DNA of 39,936 nt from a virus: the IMG/VR virus record IMGVR_UViG_3300045988_116279, positions 1 to 39,936 of that record. One strand, given 5' to 3'. Position numbers and translations under genes: made by a program. A model generated the notes under the pieces. The model was not told the DNA's origin. It searched no databases and saw only the letters and a list, made by a program, of their open reading frames with translations. Of the stretch, positions 18,304 to 26,548 are shown in pieces (the stretch's first letter is position 1; the number at the start of each line of letters is the position of its first letter).

Positions 18304-18415
18304 AATTTTCCTCCAATTCCTTTTCAGCTAATTTAATCGCATCCAATGTGCTATATCCCTTTTCTATGTATTTCTTAGCTAGTTCGACTAATTCTTTGTA
18401 TCTTGCTAATATCAA
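18296..18415 (-). CDS. Small ORF (39 aa, TTG start), hypothetical
   Basis: Hand translation gives (M)ILARYKELVELAKKYIEKGYSTLDAIKLAEKELEENYE. RBS GGAGGTG lies 5 nt upstream. It overlaps the next ATG. Confidence 0.3.
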   Translation of the reverse strand: MILARYKELVELAKKYIEKGYSTLDAIKLAEKELEENYE

Positions 18416-18426
18416 TTACTCACCTC

Positions 18427-19185
18427 CTAAAATAAACATAACTGGTCACTAACTGTCAGCATTTCTTTTTGTGCTTTTTCATAGAACTTTTTATCTACTT
18501 CAAAACCGTATGCACTTCTGTTAATCTCTCTTGCTACTTTTAGTGTTATTCCACTTCCCGCTACTGGATCTATAACTACATCACCTTCATCAGTAAATAA
18601 TTGAATTAATCTTTTTATAACTTTAGAAGGCTTTTGAGTTGGATGTATCTTGGGATATTCTTTTCCATCTCTTTCCCATTTCATCCAGTTAAAAACCATT
18701 TCTTTGTTGTTGTTAAACTTAGGTAACTTGTCCCTATAAAGTACAACTGCAAATTCAGTTGCTCCTACTATTCTCATATTTGCTTTTAAAACTTGTGGTG
18801 AGTAATTTTTTATAAAGAATAATGGATAACTATTTTTAAATCCATATTTCTTTCCGTAAGTTATCACAGTTTGTATTTGGTCAAAAGCGCAAAATACAAT
18901 CATTGCTGGAGCTTTACCTTTTTCTTTAGGCTCTTTTATAAGTAATTTATTACAGAAGTGAAAGTATTCGGCTATGTTGAAATTATTATCTGTATTAAAA
19001 AACATCTTTCCAGCTTTTTTACTTTCACCGTTTTTATTATCTCCACCTACATACCATTCTGGATTACTTCCGTATGCATTTACTCCTACGTTATATGGAA
19101 TATCAGCTATTACTAATTGTGCCTTTGGTATTCCATATCTTTTATAGTTTTGAAAGTTATCGTTTATTAATTGCGTCTTTATCAT
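18427..19185 (-). CDS. DNA methyltransferase (beta-class N6A/N4C, PF01555-like), orphan
   Basis: A motif IV-like ADIPYN comes before motif I VIDPVAGSGIT. No adjacent restriction endonuclease is recognisable. Confidence 0.85.
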   Translation of the reverse strand: MIKTQLINDNFQNYKRYGIPKAQLVIADIPYNVGVNAYGSNPEWYVGGDNKNGESKKAGKMFFNTDNNFNIAEYFHFCNKLLIKEPKEKGKAPAMIVFCAFDQIQTVITYGKKYGFKNSYPLFFIKNYSPQVLKANMRIVGATEFAVVLYRDKLPKFNNNKEMVFNWMKWERDGKEYPKIHPTQKPSKVIKRLIQLFTDEGDVVIDPVAGSGITLKVAREINRSAYGFEVDKKFYEKAQKEMLTVSDQLCLF

Positions 19186-19193
19186 ATTCCCTC

Positions 19194-19463
19194 CTAAAAG
19201 AATGTCAGTTGTTCATAATCAACTTGCTTTATTTCTTCTTTTTCAAATTCTTTTGCTGGATCATTCCAACTAATTCGGCCACATGTATAACCACATTTAT
19301 TAAGATTGTCACAGTCTTTACAGCATTGATTTTTACAAATTCTATTTAAATCAAGTTCTTCGTTGCTTTCTATTTGTTCCAGCAGCATCAACTCTTTTAC
19401 CGAATCCATTCTCTCACAGCCTAAAGTTGTAAGATTTTCACATTCAAATTCCATTTTATTCAC
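19194..19463 (-). CDS. Hypothetical Cys-rich protein
   Basis: 89 aa with CKNQCCKDCDNLNKCGYTC. Confidence 0.5.
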   Translation of the reverse strand: MNKMEFECENLTTLGCERMDSVKELMLLEQIESNEELDLNRICKNQCCKDCDNLNKCGYTCGRISWNDPAKEFEKEEIKQVDYEQLTFF

Positions 19464-19824
19464 CTTGTTTATCTTCCAATTCTTTTGCTAATCTAAACAT
19501 TGAAAATATCTTGCTTGATTTTGGTATGTATTTATATCCATCTATTTCGCAAGTATTACCATTTACACATTTCATTCCTTTTGCAACTCCGAATAACTTG
19601 CAAATAACTGGTCTAACTTTGTATATCAAACATTTTTTATTTTCTTCATCTCTAAAATAACAAGTGTTATCTAAACGAAAAAATGGTTTTATATTATTCT
19701 TTATGCAATAATCCTTGATAGTTTTATATTCTCTTTCTCCCATTAAAACTGGACCACAACATTTGCCACAATTAGTGCAATTAGTGTGTTTCGGTATATA
19801 CTCAACATTCTTTATATTATTCAT
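19456..19824 (-). CDS. YkgJ-family (CxxCxxCC) cysteine-cluster protein
   Basis: CTNCGKCCGP motif near the N-terminus, with further Cys residues. Confidence 0.7.
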   Translation of the reverse strand: MNNIKNVEYIPKHTNCTNCGKCCGPVLMGEREYKTIKDYCIKNNIKPFFRLDNTCYFRDEENKKCLIYKVRPVICKLFGVAKGMKCVNGNTCEIDGYKYIPKSSKIFSMFRLAKELEDKQGE

Positions 19825-19835
19825 TTTATTTCCCC

Positions 19836-20030
19836 CTATTTCAAGCTTAGTTCAAATAAAAATGTATCATAATTGTCTAGTTCATCATCTGCCATGTTGT
19901 CTAAATCTCTGTGTTCTATTTGAAATTCATCCTCTAGCATTTCAATCCATTCTCTAAAAGTTAAATCATGATTTGCTTCTATTTCGTAATCTTTTATTTT
20001 TTTATCTAGTATTTCTTTTGTTATTTTCAT
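19836..20030 (-). CDS. Hypothetical acidic protein
   Basis: 64-aa ORF within the operon. Confidence 0.45.
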   Translation of the reverse strand: MKITKEILDKKIKDYEIEANHDLTFREWIEMLEDEFQIEHRDLDNMADDELDNYDTFLFELSLK

Positions 20031-20098
20031 GTTTTTACTCCTTAATTTGTATTTTATTTTAATTTAATTCAGCCCACTATTCCTGATGTCCTAAGCCC

Positions 20099-20566
20099 CT
20101 ATATATTTAGATATTTTTTTATTACCTGTATAGCTTCTTCACACGAGTAGCACACTTTAACCTCATAACCTTGCTCTAATAGGTTTCTAATCCATTTCTT
20201 TTGATTGTCGGTACATTTGTTTCTACCAACCTTCATTTCGATGAATAGACCGTATTTCCCATTTCTAGGAACAGCCAGGAACAAATCTGGCACTCCTGAT
20301 TTTGTCCCTGTAGCTTTTAATTTTCTAGCCTCTGCTTTATTTCTATATCCCCCATTAGGAATAGCGAATATTAATTTTAATTCTGAGTATTTGCAAGATT
20401 GTAAGTTGCACCATTGAATCAAAGTTGCTTGTTCTAAATCTTCACCTTTCATTTTTAGTCCTCCCGTTGCTTTAGTTTCTAAATCTCTATCTGCATTTCT
20501 TATAGCTTTATATGCTGTGTCATCTGCGTAGCCTTCTGAATTTCTATCTAGTGTATATCTCTCCAT
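20099..20566 (-). CDS. VRR-NUC domain nuclease
   Basis: EQATLIQWCN...IFAIPNGGYRNKAEARKLKATGTKSGVPDLFL...YGLFIEMK...QKKW matches the VRR-NUC pattern. Confidence 0.8.
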   Translation of the reverse strand: MERYTLDRNSEGYADDTAYKAIRNADRDLETKATGGLKMKGEDLEQATLIQWCNLQSCKYSELKLIFAIPNGGYRNKAEARKLKATGTKSGVPDLFLAVPRNGKYGLFIEMKVGRNKCTDNQKKWIRNLLEQGYEVKVCYSCEEAIQVIKKYLNI

Positions 20567-20574
20567 ATTCCCTC

Positions 20575-20973
20575 CTATTTTGCTGTTCTGTATGGTGCTA
20601 ACATTGTTACTAATTTATGTACTAATATTTCTTTGTCTTTTGTTATTTTCGCCTCACTGTTTATCGCTGGTCCTCTTTTTTCTTCTGCACGATATTCTTC
20701 TCTACAAGTATCACTGCAAAATCTTTGATTTGCTCTATTACTTGTATATTCTTTGCCACAATAATCGCATATTTTTTTATTAGCATTTTTTATAAAATTT
20801 ATTTCCCATGTATTTTTATATGGAGTGTCTTGTCTTATAGCTGATGCTACAGCTCCAGCATATATTTTCTTGCCATATACACCTGTAAGATACTTCGCTA
20901 CTGCATTTTGGCCTGTAAATTCTAATACTTCTCCAGTTTTTATATTTTTTACTTCGATTATATTTTTTCCCAT
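20575..20973 (-). CDS. Hypothetical DNA-binding protein with a C-terminal zinc ribbon
   Basis: CDYCGKEY...RFCSDTC motif. The N-terminus is NUMOD/IENR-like (KNIKTGEVLEFTGQNAVAKYL). Confidence 0.5.
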   Translation of the reverse strand: MGKNIIEVKNIKTGEVLEFTGQNAVAKYLTGVYGKKIYAGAVASAIRQDTPYKNTWEINFIKNANKKICDYCGKEYTSNRANQRFCSDTCREEYRAEEKRGPAINSEAKITKDKEILVHKLVTMLAPYRTAK

Positions 20974-20975
20974 TA

Positions 20976-21518
20976 CTATTCACCCCTTTTCTTTACTTCT
21001 TTTGTTTCTAGTGATTTCAAATAGGCAGCTAATTCTTCAGGACTTAGTTTGTATTCTTTTACTTTGCTGCATTTTTTCTCGCTTTCGTAATTGCCTTTTA
21101 ACTTTATTTCTCCAGCTTGTAAGAAGAATACCCCACCGTTATTATGTCTTGGTTTTATTTTTTGAACTGTCACCTCGTCATGTTTTTTTGTTTCTTTCTT
21201 TAGGCAGCCACAACTTTTTGTTATTCCGTGTCGCAGATTACCTTCTCTTACTACTGCTGTACCACCGCATTGGCAGCTACATTTCCAGTATCTAGTACTT
21301 CTTTCTATATGATCTAGTTCTAATACAACTAATTTTCCATATCTTTCTCCTGTCAAATCTACTGTTTTTGGCTCCTTAGTAAGTTTTGTATCCTTTATGT
21401 ATTTTCTTATAGTCCAATCACTTCTATCTAGTTCATTTGAGATAGCAAGTATTGAATAACCTTTGCTATGTAATCTTTTTATCTTTCTCTTTTCTATATC
21501 TGATAGTCTCGGTGCCAT
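20976..21518 (-). CDS. HTH DNA-binding protein
   Basis: N-terminal resolvase/IS30-type HTH (IKRLHSKGYSILAISNELDRSDWTIRKYI), plus GERYGKLVVLE...WKCSCQCGG...SCGC. Confidence 0.6.
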   Translation of the reverse strand: MAPRLSDIEKRKIKRLHSKGYSILAISNELDRSDWTIRKYIKDTKLTKEPKTVDLTGERYGKLVVLELDHIERSTRYWKCSCQCGGTAVVREGNLRHGITKSCGCLKKETKKHDEVTVQKIKPRHNNGGVFFLQAGEIKLKGNYESEKKCSKVKEYKLSPEELAAYLKSLETKEVKKRGE

Positions 21519-21535
21519 TTGATTATCCCCCTTTC

Positions 21536-21577
21536 GCCTAGGAGAACCAACTCCTAGGCTATTTATTTGTAAGTATT
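21536..21577 (-). repeat. Intergenic hairpin plus 29-nt repeat unit, copy 1
   Basis: GCCTAGGAG-aaccaa-CTCCTAGGC (21536-21559). AACTCCTAGGCTATTTATTTGTAAGTATT at 21549-21577 is identical to 22201-22229. Confidence 0.6.
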
Positions 21578-22169
21578 ATTTTTCTGTTACATTATAGTTA
21601 TCTAGTAACCATGCGAACATGCAATTTTCATTATATTTGTTATAATAACAACGAGTGCAACTATGTTTTCGATATTCTTTATTATGTTTTTCCCTTAAGT
21701 CTTCTAATGTTACTTCTTTCTTAGGTTCTTCTGTTTCAGCTAATTCACAATAATTCCATTTTTCTAAATCTACAAAACTATCACTCCAAAAAGTCCTTCC
21801 ATTACTATATGTATAAAATTTATTATTTTCATATTTGGTGAAATATCTAAGTTCCCATCCATCTTCTTGGTTTTGTCTTACATACACTTTTGTATCTCTA
21901 GGAATTTTACTCCAGTCTATTTCTTGTCTTTCCCATACTAAATTATTTTCTATGTCATATACCTCCATGATATCTGCCCCATGTGGAGATTCATGCAATA
22001 CCAGCAATTCATTATCATAAGATTTTAAACACTCTTCTAGTGAACCCCATAATCCTAAAATAGATTCATCTTTATCTGAATTTTTGTATACTTTGCTGTC
22101 AATGATATAGCATTTATCCCCATATCTAGTTTTAAAACTCATTCCATTTTTTATATCTGATTTAACCAT
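21576..22169 (-). CDS. Hypothetical protein
   Basis: 197-aa ORF with GGGGG RBS. Confidence 0.6.
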   Translation of the reverse strand: MVKSDIKNGMSFKTRYGDKCYIIDSKVYKNSDKDESILGLWGSLEECLKSYDNELLVLHESPHGADIMEVYDIENNLVWERQEIDWSKIPRDTKVYVRQNQEDGWELRYFTKYENNKFYTYSNGRTFWSDSFVDLEKWNYCELAETEEPKKEVTLEDLREKHNKEYRKHSCTRCYYNKYNENCMFAWLLDNYNVTEK

Positions 22170-22184
22170 GTTTATCCCCCTTCT

Positions 22185-22229
22185 GCCTAAGAGTTTTTTT
22201 AACTCCTAGGCTATTTATTTGTAAGTATT
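22185..22229 (-). repeat. Intergenic hairpin plus 29-nt repeat unit, copy 2
   Basis: GCCTAAGAGTT-ttttt-AACTCCTAGGC (22185-22211) and the 29-mer at 22201-22229. Confidence 0.6.
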
Positions 22230-22230
22230 G

Positions 22231-22503
22231 CTATCTTATATCGTTATCTTTAAATATGTCTTTGCTTATTGAATCTGATATATCTTCTTTAATGTCTAAT
22301 TTTTCTTTGATTCTATTTTCTTTCAAGCCTAGCTTTATAGCACCAATCATGCATTTTAAAAATTCTTCTGCTGGTATACCACTTTTTTCTTCTAATTTGC
22401 TTATTACTATATCGTTTAGCATGCATAAATCAGCCATTATATCATGAAGTTCTCCATTTAATGTTGCTCTTACTTCTCCATCTTTTACATTTGCTTTTAT
22501 CAT
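22231..22503 (-). CDS. Hypothetical protein
   Basis: 90-aa ORF with GGAGGAGG RBS. Confidence 0.55.
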   Translation of the reverse strand: MIKANVKDGEVRATLNGELHDIMADLCMLNDIVISKLEEKSGIPAEEFLKCMIGAIKLGLKENRIKEKLDIKEDISDSISKDIFKDNDIR

Positions 22504-22520
22504 TCTTCTTGTCCTCCTCC

Positions 22521-22540
22521 TAGGGCTCGTTAAAGCCCTA
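22521..22540 (-). other. Stem-loop abutting the RBS of the next gene
   Basis: TAGGGCT-cgttaa-AGCCCTA. It contains the TAG stop of the DnaC-like gene and, on the minus strand, is directly followed by GGAGGAGG. Confidence 0.4.
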
Positions 22541-23317
22541 TATTATATTTCTTAATCTATAGTTGTTTTCTATTCCTCTAGGGAATGTTATTATATTGTC
22601 TTGTGCCATTTCTATCAGCCTTGACCCGATAGCTTCATCAAACATTAATATTTCCTTTATGCTTTTCTCAGTTGATATAATCATCGGTTTACCTTTTAAA
22701 TATCGAGTATTTATAACTTTATATATGTATTTTCGGTCTGCTGATGTAACTTCTCCCTTTAGAAAGTCATCTAAAAATAATACTCTTGGATTTATATATT
22801 TTTCTAACTCTCTTATAAATTCTTCTTCTTCATTGATAACTTGTTTTAGATTAGTCAGCATTGATATATACTCTTTATACACACACCCAACATTGTTATT
22901 TATAAGTTCTAACATGGTCCCGATTCCTAGATGTGTCTTTCCACTTCCAGGATTGCCGCATAATATTAAACTTGCATTAGTTTCTTTTTTTAAGAAGTCA
23001 TTAATATATCGTATAACCTCGTTCTTTGCCTTTATTTGCCATTCCTTGTCAGCTTTAAAGGAATTAATCGTCTTTTGTCTAAAAACCTCTGTAAGGTTGC
23101 TTAAGGCTAATTTTTCGATACTTTGTCTTTTTTCTAAACAGCTACAAGGTACAGCCACTTCATATCCATCTTTTATCTCGAATGTATATCCTCTATCTTC
23201 ACATTTAGGACAATCATATTTTGCTGGTTCTGGAGCATGTTTTTCCAAAGTAGCTTTTAATCTATCCAATAAAACTGCATCCATTTTATTCATCTCCTTA
23301 TAATCCGAATTTTTCAT
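22538..23317 (-). CDS. DnaC/IstB-like AAA+ helicase loader
   Basis: Walker A GNPGSGKTHLG, Walker B LFLDDF, and an N-terminal CPKCEDRGY...PCSC zinc motif. Confidence 0.85.
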   Translation of the reverse strand: MKNSDYKEMNKMDAVLLDRLKATLEKHAPEPAKYDCPKCEDRGYTFEIKDGYEVAVPCSCLEKRQSIEKLALSNLTEVFRQKTINSFKADKEWQIKAKNEVIRYINDFLKKETNASLILCGNPGSGKTHLGIGTMLELINNNVGCVYKEYISMLTNLKQVINEEEEFIRELEKYINPRVLFLDDFLKGEVTSADRKYIYKVINTRYLKGKPMIISTEKSIKEILMFDEAIGSRLIEMAQDNIITFPRGIENNYRLRNII

Positions 23318-24167
23318 CTATTTTGTCTAGAAAGTCTAGATTTTGTTTATTTAATTCATCTTGACTAGGTTTGTCTTTAGCTTTTGTTTGCAATTCGTAT
23401 GCCTTTAATTGGTCATATGTTGTTATGTTATTGTCTAACCATCTTTTAATTACACCTTTTAGGTAGCCTAGATTTAAGTTACCTCTTTCAGTACATATTT
23501 CTATTGCTCTTTTAAATAACGGATAATCAATAGTAGTTGTCATTTCTATAAGCCATTCTCCTGCAAGTTGATTTATTACTCCTATATTAGATTCATATAA
23601 TTTAGAGAAATTTGATAAAGTTTGCTCGTCAGTCTGTGCTTTTTCTTTTTCTTTTTCTTTTTCTTTTTCTTTTTCTTTTTCTTTTTCTTTTTCTTTTTCC
23701 CCCAAGTCTATGGATAGACTATCTAAGTCTTTATCTAGACTATCATTACTATTTTTATAGTCTATAGATACTGTATCAATAGGGTATCCATACTCTATAC
23801 ATACTCTATATAAATAATCTTTATAGTCTTTACTTTTTATCTTTTCAATTTCTTTTAAAATGCAATTTTTCACTTTAGGAGATTTAGAAAAGTTATGTTT
23901 ATGCCAGTTTTTTATAAGTATTTCTTTTGTTTCTTCGTTGTAACTTGTTTTTCCGTAATCTTCAAATCTTTTTAACAATTTCTGAACTGTTTCTCTGTTA
24001 TATCCTGTTTGCATTTCTACAACCTTATAAGGTAATTCATAGCATCCACATTGTGTTGTTCTAGAGTTGCTTAGAAGATATAAATAGAAATACTTTTCTT
24101 CTGGAGTTAAATCTAATACAAATCCATCTTCCCAAAAGTCTACTTGTATCGCTCTGTATTTTGCCAT
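23298..24167 (-). CDS. Replisome organizer (phage_rep_org_N plus DnaD/DnaB_2-like C-terminal domain)
   Basis: N-terminus YRAIQVDFWEDGFVLDLTPEEKYFYLYLLSN. C-terminus ...LGYLKGVIKRWLDNNITTYDQ. A central (EK)10 linker joins them. Confidence 0.8.
   Translation of the reverse strand: MAKYRAIQVDFWEDGFVLDLTPEEKYFYLYLLSNSRTTQCGCYELPYKVVEMQTGYNRETVQKLLKRFEDYGKTSYNEETKEILIKNWHKHNFSKSPKVKNCILKEIEKIKSKDYKDYLYRVCIEYGYPIDTVSIDYKNSNDSLDKDLDSLSIDLGEKEKEKEKEKEKEKEKEKEKAQTDEQTLSNFSKLYESNIGVINQLAGEWLIEMTTTIDYPLFKRAIEICTERGNLNLGYLKGVIKRWLDNNITTYDQLKAYELQTKAKDKPSQDELNKQNLDFLDKIDEKFGL
23640..23699. repeat. Hexanucleotide microsatellite (TTTTTC)x10, encoding (EK)10
   Basis: Ten perfect tandem units were counted directly. 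Confidence 0.95.
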
Positions 24168-24331
24168 TAATCTTCACCTTCTTTGTCTATAACAATAACT
24201 ATTGCTGGACCTTCTACCTCTAAATCCATACCTACATCACTTCTTAATCTATCTATTTCAACGCCTTCTCTAGTTGACAATTCATTTACTAATTCATCTA
24301 TAGTAAAACTTTTAAGTATGTTATTATCCAT
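24167..24331 (-). CDS. Small protein (54 aa), BC1881-like
   Basis: Hand translation gives MDNNILKSFTIDELVNELSTREGVEIDRLRSDVGMDLEVEGPAIVIVIDKEGED. It has a TAATG overlap with the replisome organizer start. Confidence 0.5.
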   Translation of the reverse strand: MDNNILKSFTIDELVNELSTREGVEIDRLRSDVGMDLEVEGPAIVIVIDKEGED

Positions 24332-24382
24332 TCTTATTCACCTTCTTTACTTTTCTAGGAAGGGGATTGCTCCCCAACCTAG

Positions 24383-25294
24383 CTACATATCCATTACTTG
24401 CTGTCCTTCTATTTGTCCATTATCCTCTGTTTCTTCTATAGGTTCTTCTGTATAATCTACATCTTGTACTTTGTCTTGAATTGGTTCATATTTTGATAAT
24501 AAATCTATTAATTCATCGACTTCTTCGAATTTAAGTTCTTTTAAGCTATATCCATTACTTTCACAGAATTTTTCAAGTTCTACGGTATTTTTTAAATCTC
24601 CGTAATCAAATAGTCCTTTTTGTGCTGCTAATGCCATTATTTGATTTTTTTGTTGTGTTGATGCCATTCCTGGTTTTATCTCTCTCTCAGAAAGTCGTCC
24701 TTCATATCCCATTTCTTCCTGTTGGTATAATCCTTGAAGTTCGTCTGGAAAAGATTCACGTAAACATTGACTTTGAGCTACCTTTCGAATCATAGTACAT
24801 GGTTTTTCGCTCCACATTTTATTAGGTGTACCATTCTTTGTTTTTTGTATATATTCTTCTAAACTAGCTGTGTGATGCATTGGAAATTCTCTATCACTTC
24901 TAGATACTTCACACCAACCGCCAACAAGTGTTTCATCTGGAAGTTTAATTGTTCCTTCTCGTTCTATTATGTTTCTGTCTTTATCTACTACAACAATTCC
25001 AGCTTTCATATATCTAAATACTCCAGATGCATAAGCTTTTTTAATAAATACATCTTTTCCGACTATGATATTAGCTGCTTGATCTCCATATTTAACAAGA
25101 TATGCATCTCTTATAAATGGATTTAATTTTTGAGCTTTACATAATTCTAAAAACATTAAAATTTCTTGTTGTGTAGCCCTTGGACATATATAATTTTTAA
25201 CTGTTTCAGCATTTAGAACTTGTCCTCCTTCAAGAGTAAAACTTGCTAAATCTAATGCATTTGTTTTTTGTACTGCTTTAGTCATGTTATTCAC
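24383..25294 (-). CDS. recT: RecT/Bet-family single-strand annealing protein
   Basis: 303 aa with ...QQEILMFLELCKAQKLNPFIRDAYLVKYGDQAANIIVGKDVFIKKA..., typical of RecT/Bet. Confidence 0.85.
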   Translation of the reverse strand: MNNMTKAVQKTNALDLASFTLEGGQVLNAETVKNYICPRATQQEILMFLELCKAQKLNPFIRDAYLVKYGDQAANIIVGKDVFIKKAYASGVFRYMKAGIVVVDKDRNIIEREGTIKLPDETLVGGWCEVSRSDREFPMHHTASLEEYIQKTKNGTPNKMWSEKPCTMIRKVAQSQCLRESFPDELQGLYQQEEMGYEGRLSEREIKPGMASTQQKNQIMALAAQKGLFDYGDLKNTVELEKFCESNGYSLKELKFEEVDELIDLLSKYEPIQDKVQDVDYTEEPIEETEDNGQIEGQQVMDM

Positions 25295-25589
25295 CTTCCT
25301 TATTTCTCTCTAATTCTTCTATATTAAGTCGTAAAGCATATAATAAACTGCTTTCGTAACTATCATGTTTTCTATTTCCTATTTGTTTTAATGTGTCTTT
25401 ATAGTGTTCTTTAAATATATCTAATGTCATAAACTTTCTATTTCTTAGAGCAAATTCAGCCCCTTCTATAAATCCTAGTCTGCCTTCTGGGTCAGTAGTA
25501 TTTCTGTATAGTCTAACTAGGAATAATCTTTGTTCTAGTGTTTTTATATCTGAGTTCTTTACTCCCTCAGATTGTAATTTTAACTTCAT
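25287..25589 (-). CDS. Hypothetical protein
   Basis: 100-aa ORF with GGGGG RBS. Confidence 0.55.
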   Translation of the reverse strand: MKLKLQSEGVKNSDIKTLEQRLFLVRLYRNTTDPEGRLGFIEGAEFALRNRKFMTLDIFKEHYKDTLKQIGNRKHDSYESSLLYALRLNIEELERNKEGE

Positions 25590-25649
25590 ATTATCCCCCT
25601 TTTATGTTATAATTTAAGTATCTTATATTACATATAGTGTTTGATTTAT

Positions 25650-25680
25650 AGCTATCTAGATTTGGTACCTCTAGATAGCT
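25650..25680. other. Perfect 11-bp stem-loop
   Basis: AGCTATCTAGA-tttggtacc-TCTAGATAGCT. The T-rich tail (TATTTTGTT) is on the plus strand only. Confidence 0.5.
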
Positions 25681-25687
25681 TATTTTG

Positions 25688-25915
25688 TTATGCGATAAAA
25701 TCTAGGTATGCATGATCTAAGATGTCGTATAATTTTTCTGATTGTCGTTTATAAGTTTTGTATGCTTGATTGATAATAGCTTCTTTTTCTTCTGTCGGTA
25801 TGTCAGTTCTTCCTGAGTTGTCTAAGAATATTTTGTAGTATGCTAAGTAGTTTTTCTTGTCTTGAGCTTCAACAAGCTCTTTTACATCCTTATAGATTTG
25901 TTCTTTACTCTTCAT
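25688..25915 (-). CDS. Hypothetical protein
   Basis: 75-aa ORF. Confidence 0.55.
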   Translation of the reverse strand: MKSKEQIYKDVKELVEAQDKKNYLAYYKIFLDNSGRTDIPTEEKEAIINQAYKTYKRQSEKLYDILDHAYLDFIA

Positions 25916-25918
25916 TTG

Positions 25919-26026
25919 TTATTCCCCCTTGTTTTGTTGTAGCCACATTAAAGTTATAAACTCCATTACTGTAAGATGTGGGTAAGCTTCATATATCTTT
26001 TGTAGTACTTCTGGTGTACATTTCAT
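25919..26026 (-). CDS. Small ORF (35 aa)
   Basis: MKCTPEVLQKIYEAYPHLTVMEFITLMWLQQNKGE, with GGAGGTGG RBS. Confidence 0.3.
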   Translation of the reverse strand: MKCTPEVLQKIYEAYPHLTVMEFITLMWLQQNKGE

Positions 26027-26039
26027 CTAACCACCTCCT

Positions 26040-26213
26040 TTATACTGCTTTCATATTTCTTCTTTTGCATTCCCCTAGTTGATAAAATATTTCTTCATCT
26101 TTAAATAACTTATTGCATATGTCGTAAACTCTTTCTAAGTTCTCTCTAGAAGGTGTTAATGGACTTTTTACAGTTATCTTAACCCCTCCATTTTGATATA
26201 TTTTTTCTTTCAT
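26040..26213 (-). CDS. Small ORF (57 aa)
   Basis: MKEKIYQNGGVKITVKSPLTPSRENLERVYDICNKLFKDEEIFYQLGECKRRNMKAV, with GGGGGTG RBS. Confidence 0.4.
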   Translation of the reverse strand: MKEKIYQNGGVKITVKSPLTPSRENLERVYDICNKLFKDEEIFYQLGECKRRNMKAV

Positions 26214-26252
26214 ATTGCACCCCCTAATAAAATATGATGTCTAAAATTTGTC

Positions 26253-26336
26253 CTATTCGTGGATGCTTCTCCACCAAGCTCCAAATGCGAAGCCTAAGCT
26301 AAATATGATACTTACTGCTATGTATTTTGCTATCAT
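26253..26336 (-). CDS. Small hydrophobic peptide (27 aa)
   Basis: MIAKYIAVSIIFSLGFAFGAWWRSIHE, with AGGAGG RBS. Confidence 0.35.
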   Translation of the reverse strand: MIAKYIAVSIIFSLGFAFGAWWRSIHE

Positions 26337-26344
26337 GATACCTC

Positions 26345-26548
26345 CTATCTGCTGTAATCAACTACTGTGTTATTGCCTTGTTTTCTAAGTAGTGCAAACT
26401 TGTTTTGTAACACGTGAAACATTTTAATTTCTGCTTGGTATGGAGTTATGATGCTCCATTCTTCTCTAAAACCTCTAGCTCTTAATATGTCTGATACTGC
26501 TTCTACTTCTTTTTTTATGAAGTGTTCTGTTCCTGTGTATATCGCCAT
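26345..26548 (-). CDS. Hypothetical protein
   Basis: 67-aa ORF. Confidence 0.5.
   Translation of the reverse strand: MAIYTGTEHFIKKEVEAVSDILRARGFREEWSIITPYQAEIKMFHVLQNKFALLRKQGNNTVVDYSR

Noticed and set aside
20825-21295. 156-aa plus-strand ORF and other plus-strand ORFs between 15 and 25 kb (15119, 15984, 16076, 17729, 19074, 19715, 20205, 20580, 21835, 22256, 24183, 24872)
   Set aside because: All are antisense to better-supported minus-strand genes, with hydrophobic low-complexity translations and no RBS.
22563-23303. 246-aa plus-strand ORF opposite the DnaC-like gene
   Set aside because: It mirrors the Walker-motif gene on the other strand almost exactly. The product is S/F/I-rich and it has no RBS. 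This is a classic AT-rich shadow frame.
23640-23699. CRISPR array or other spacer-repeat structure
   Set aside because: It is a pure hexanucleotide microsatellite with no spacers, in frame within a coding sequence. No CRISPR-like repeats occur elsewhere in the window.
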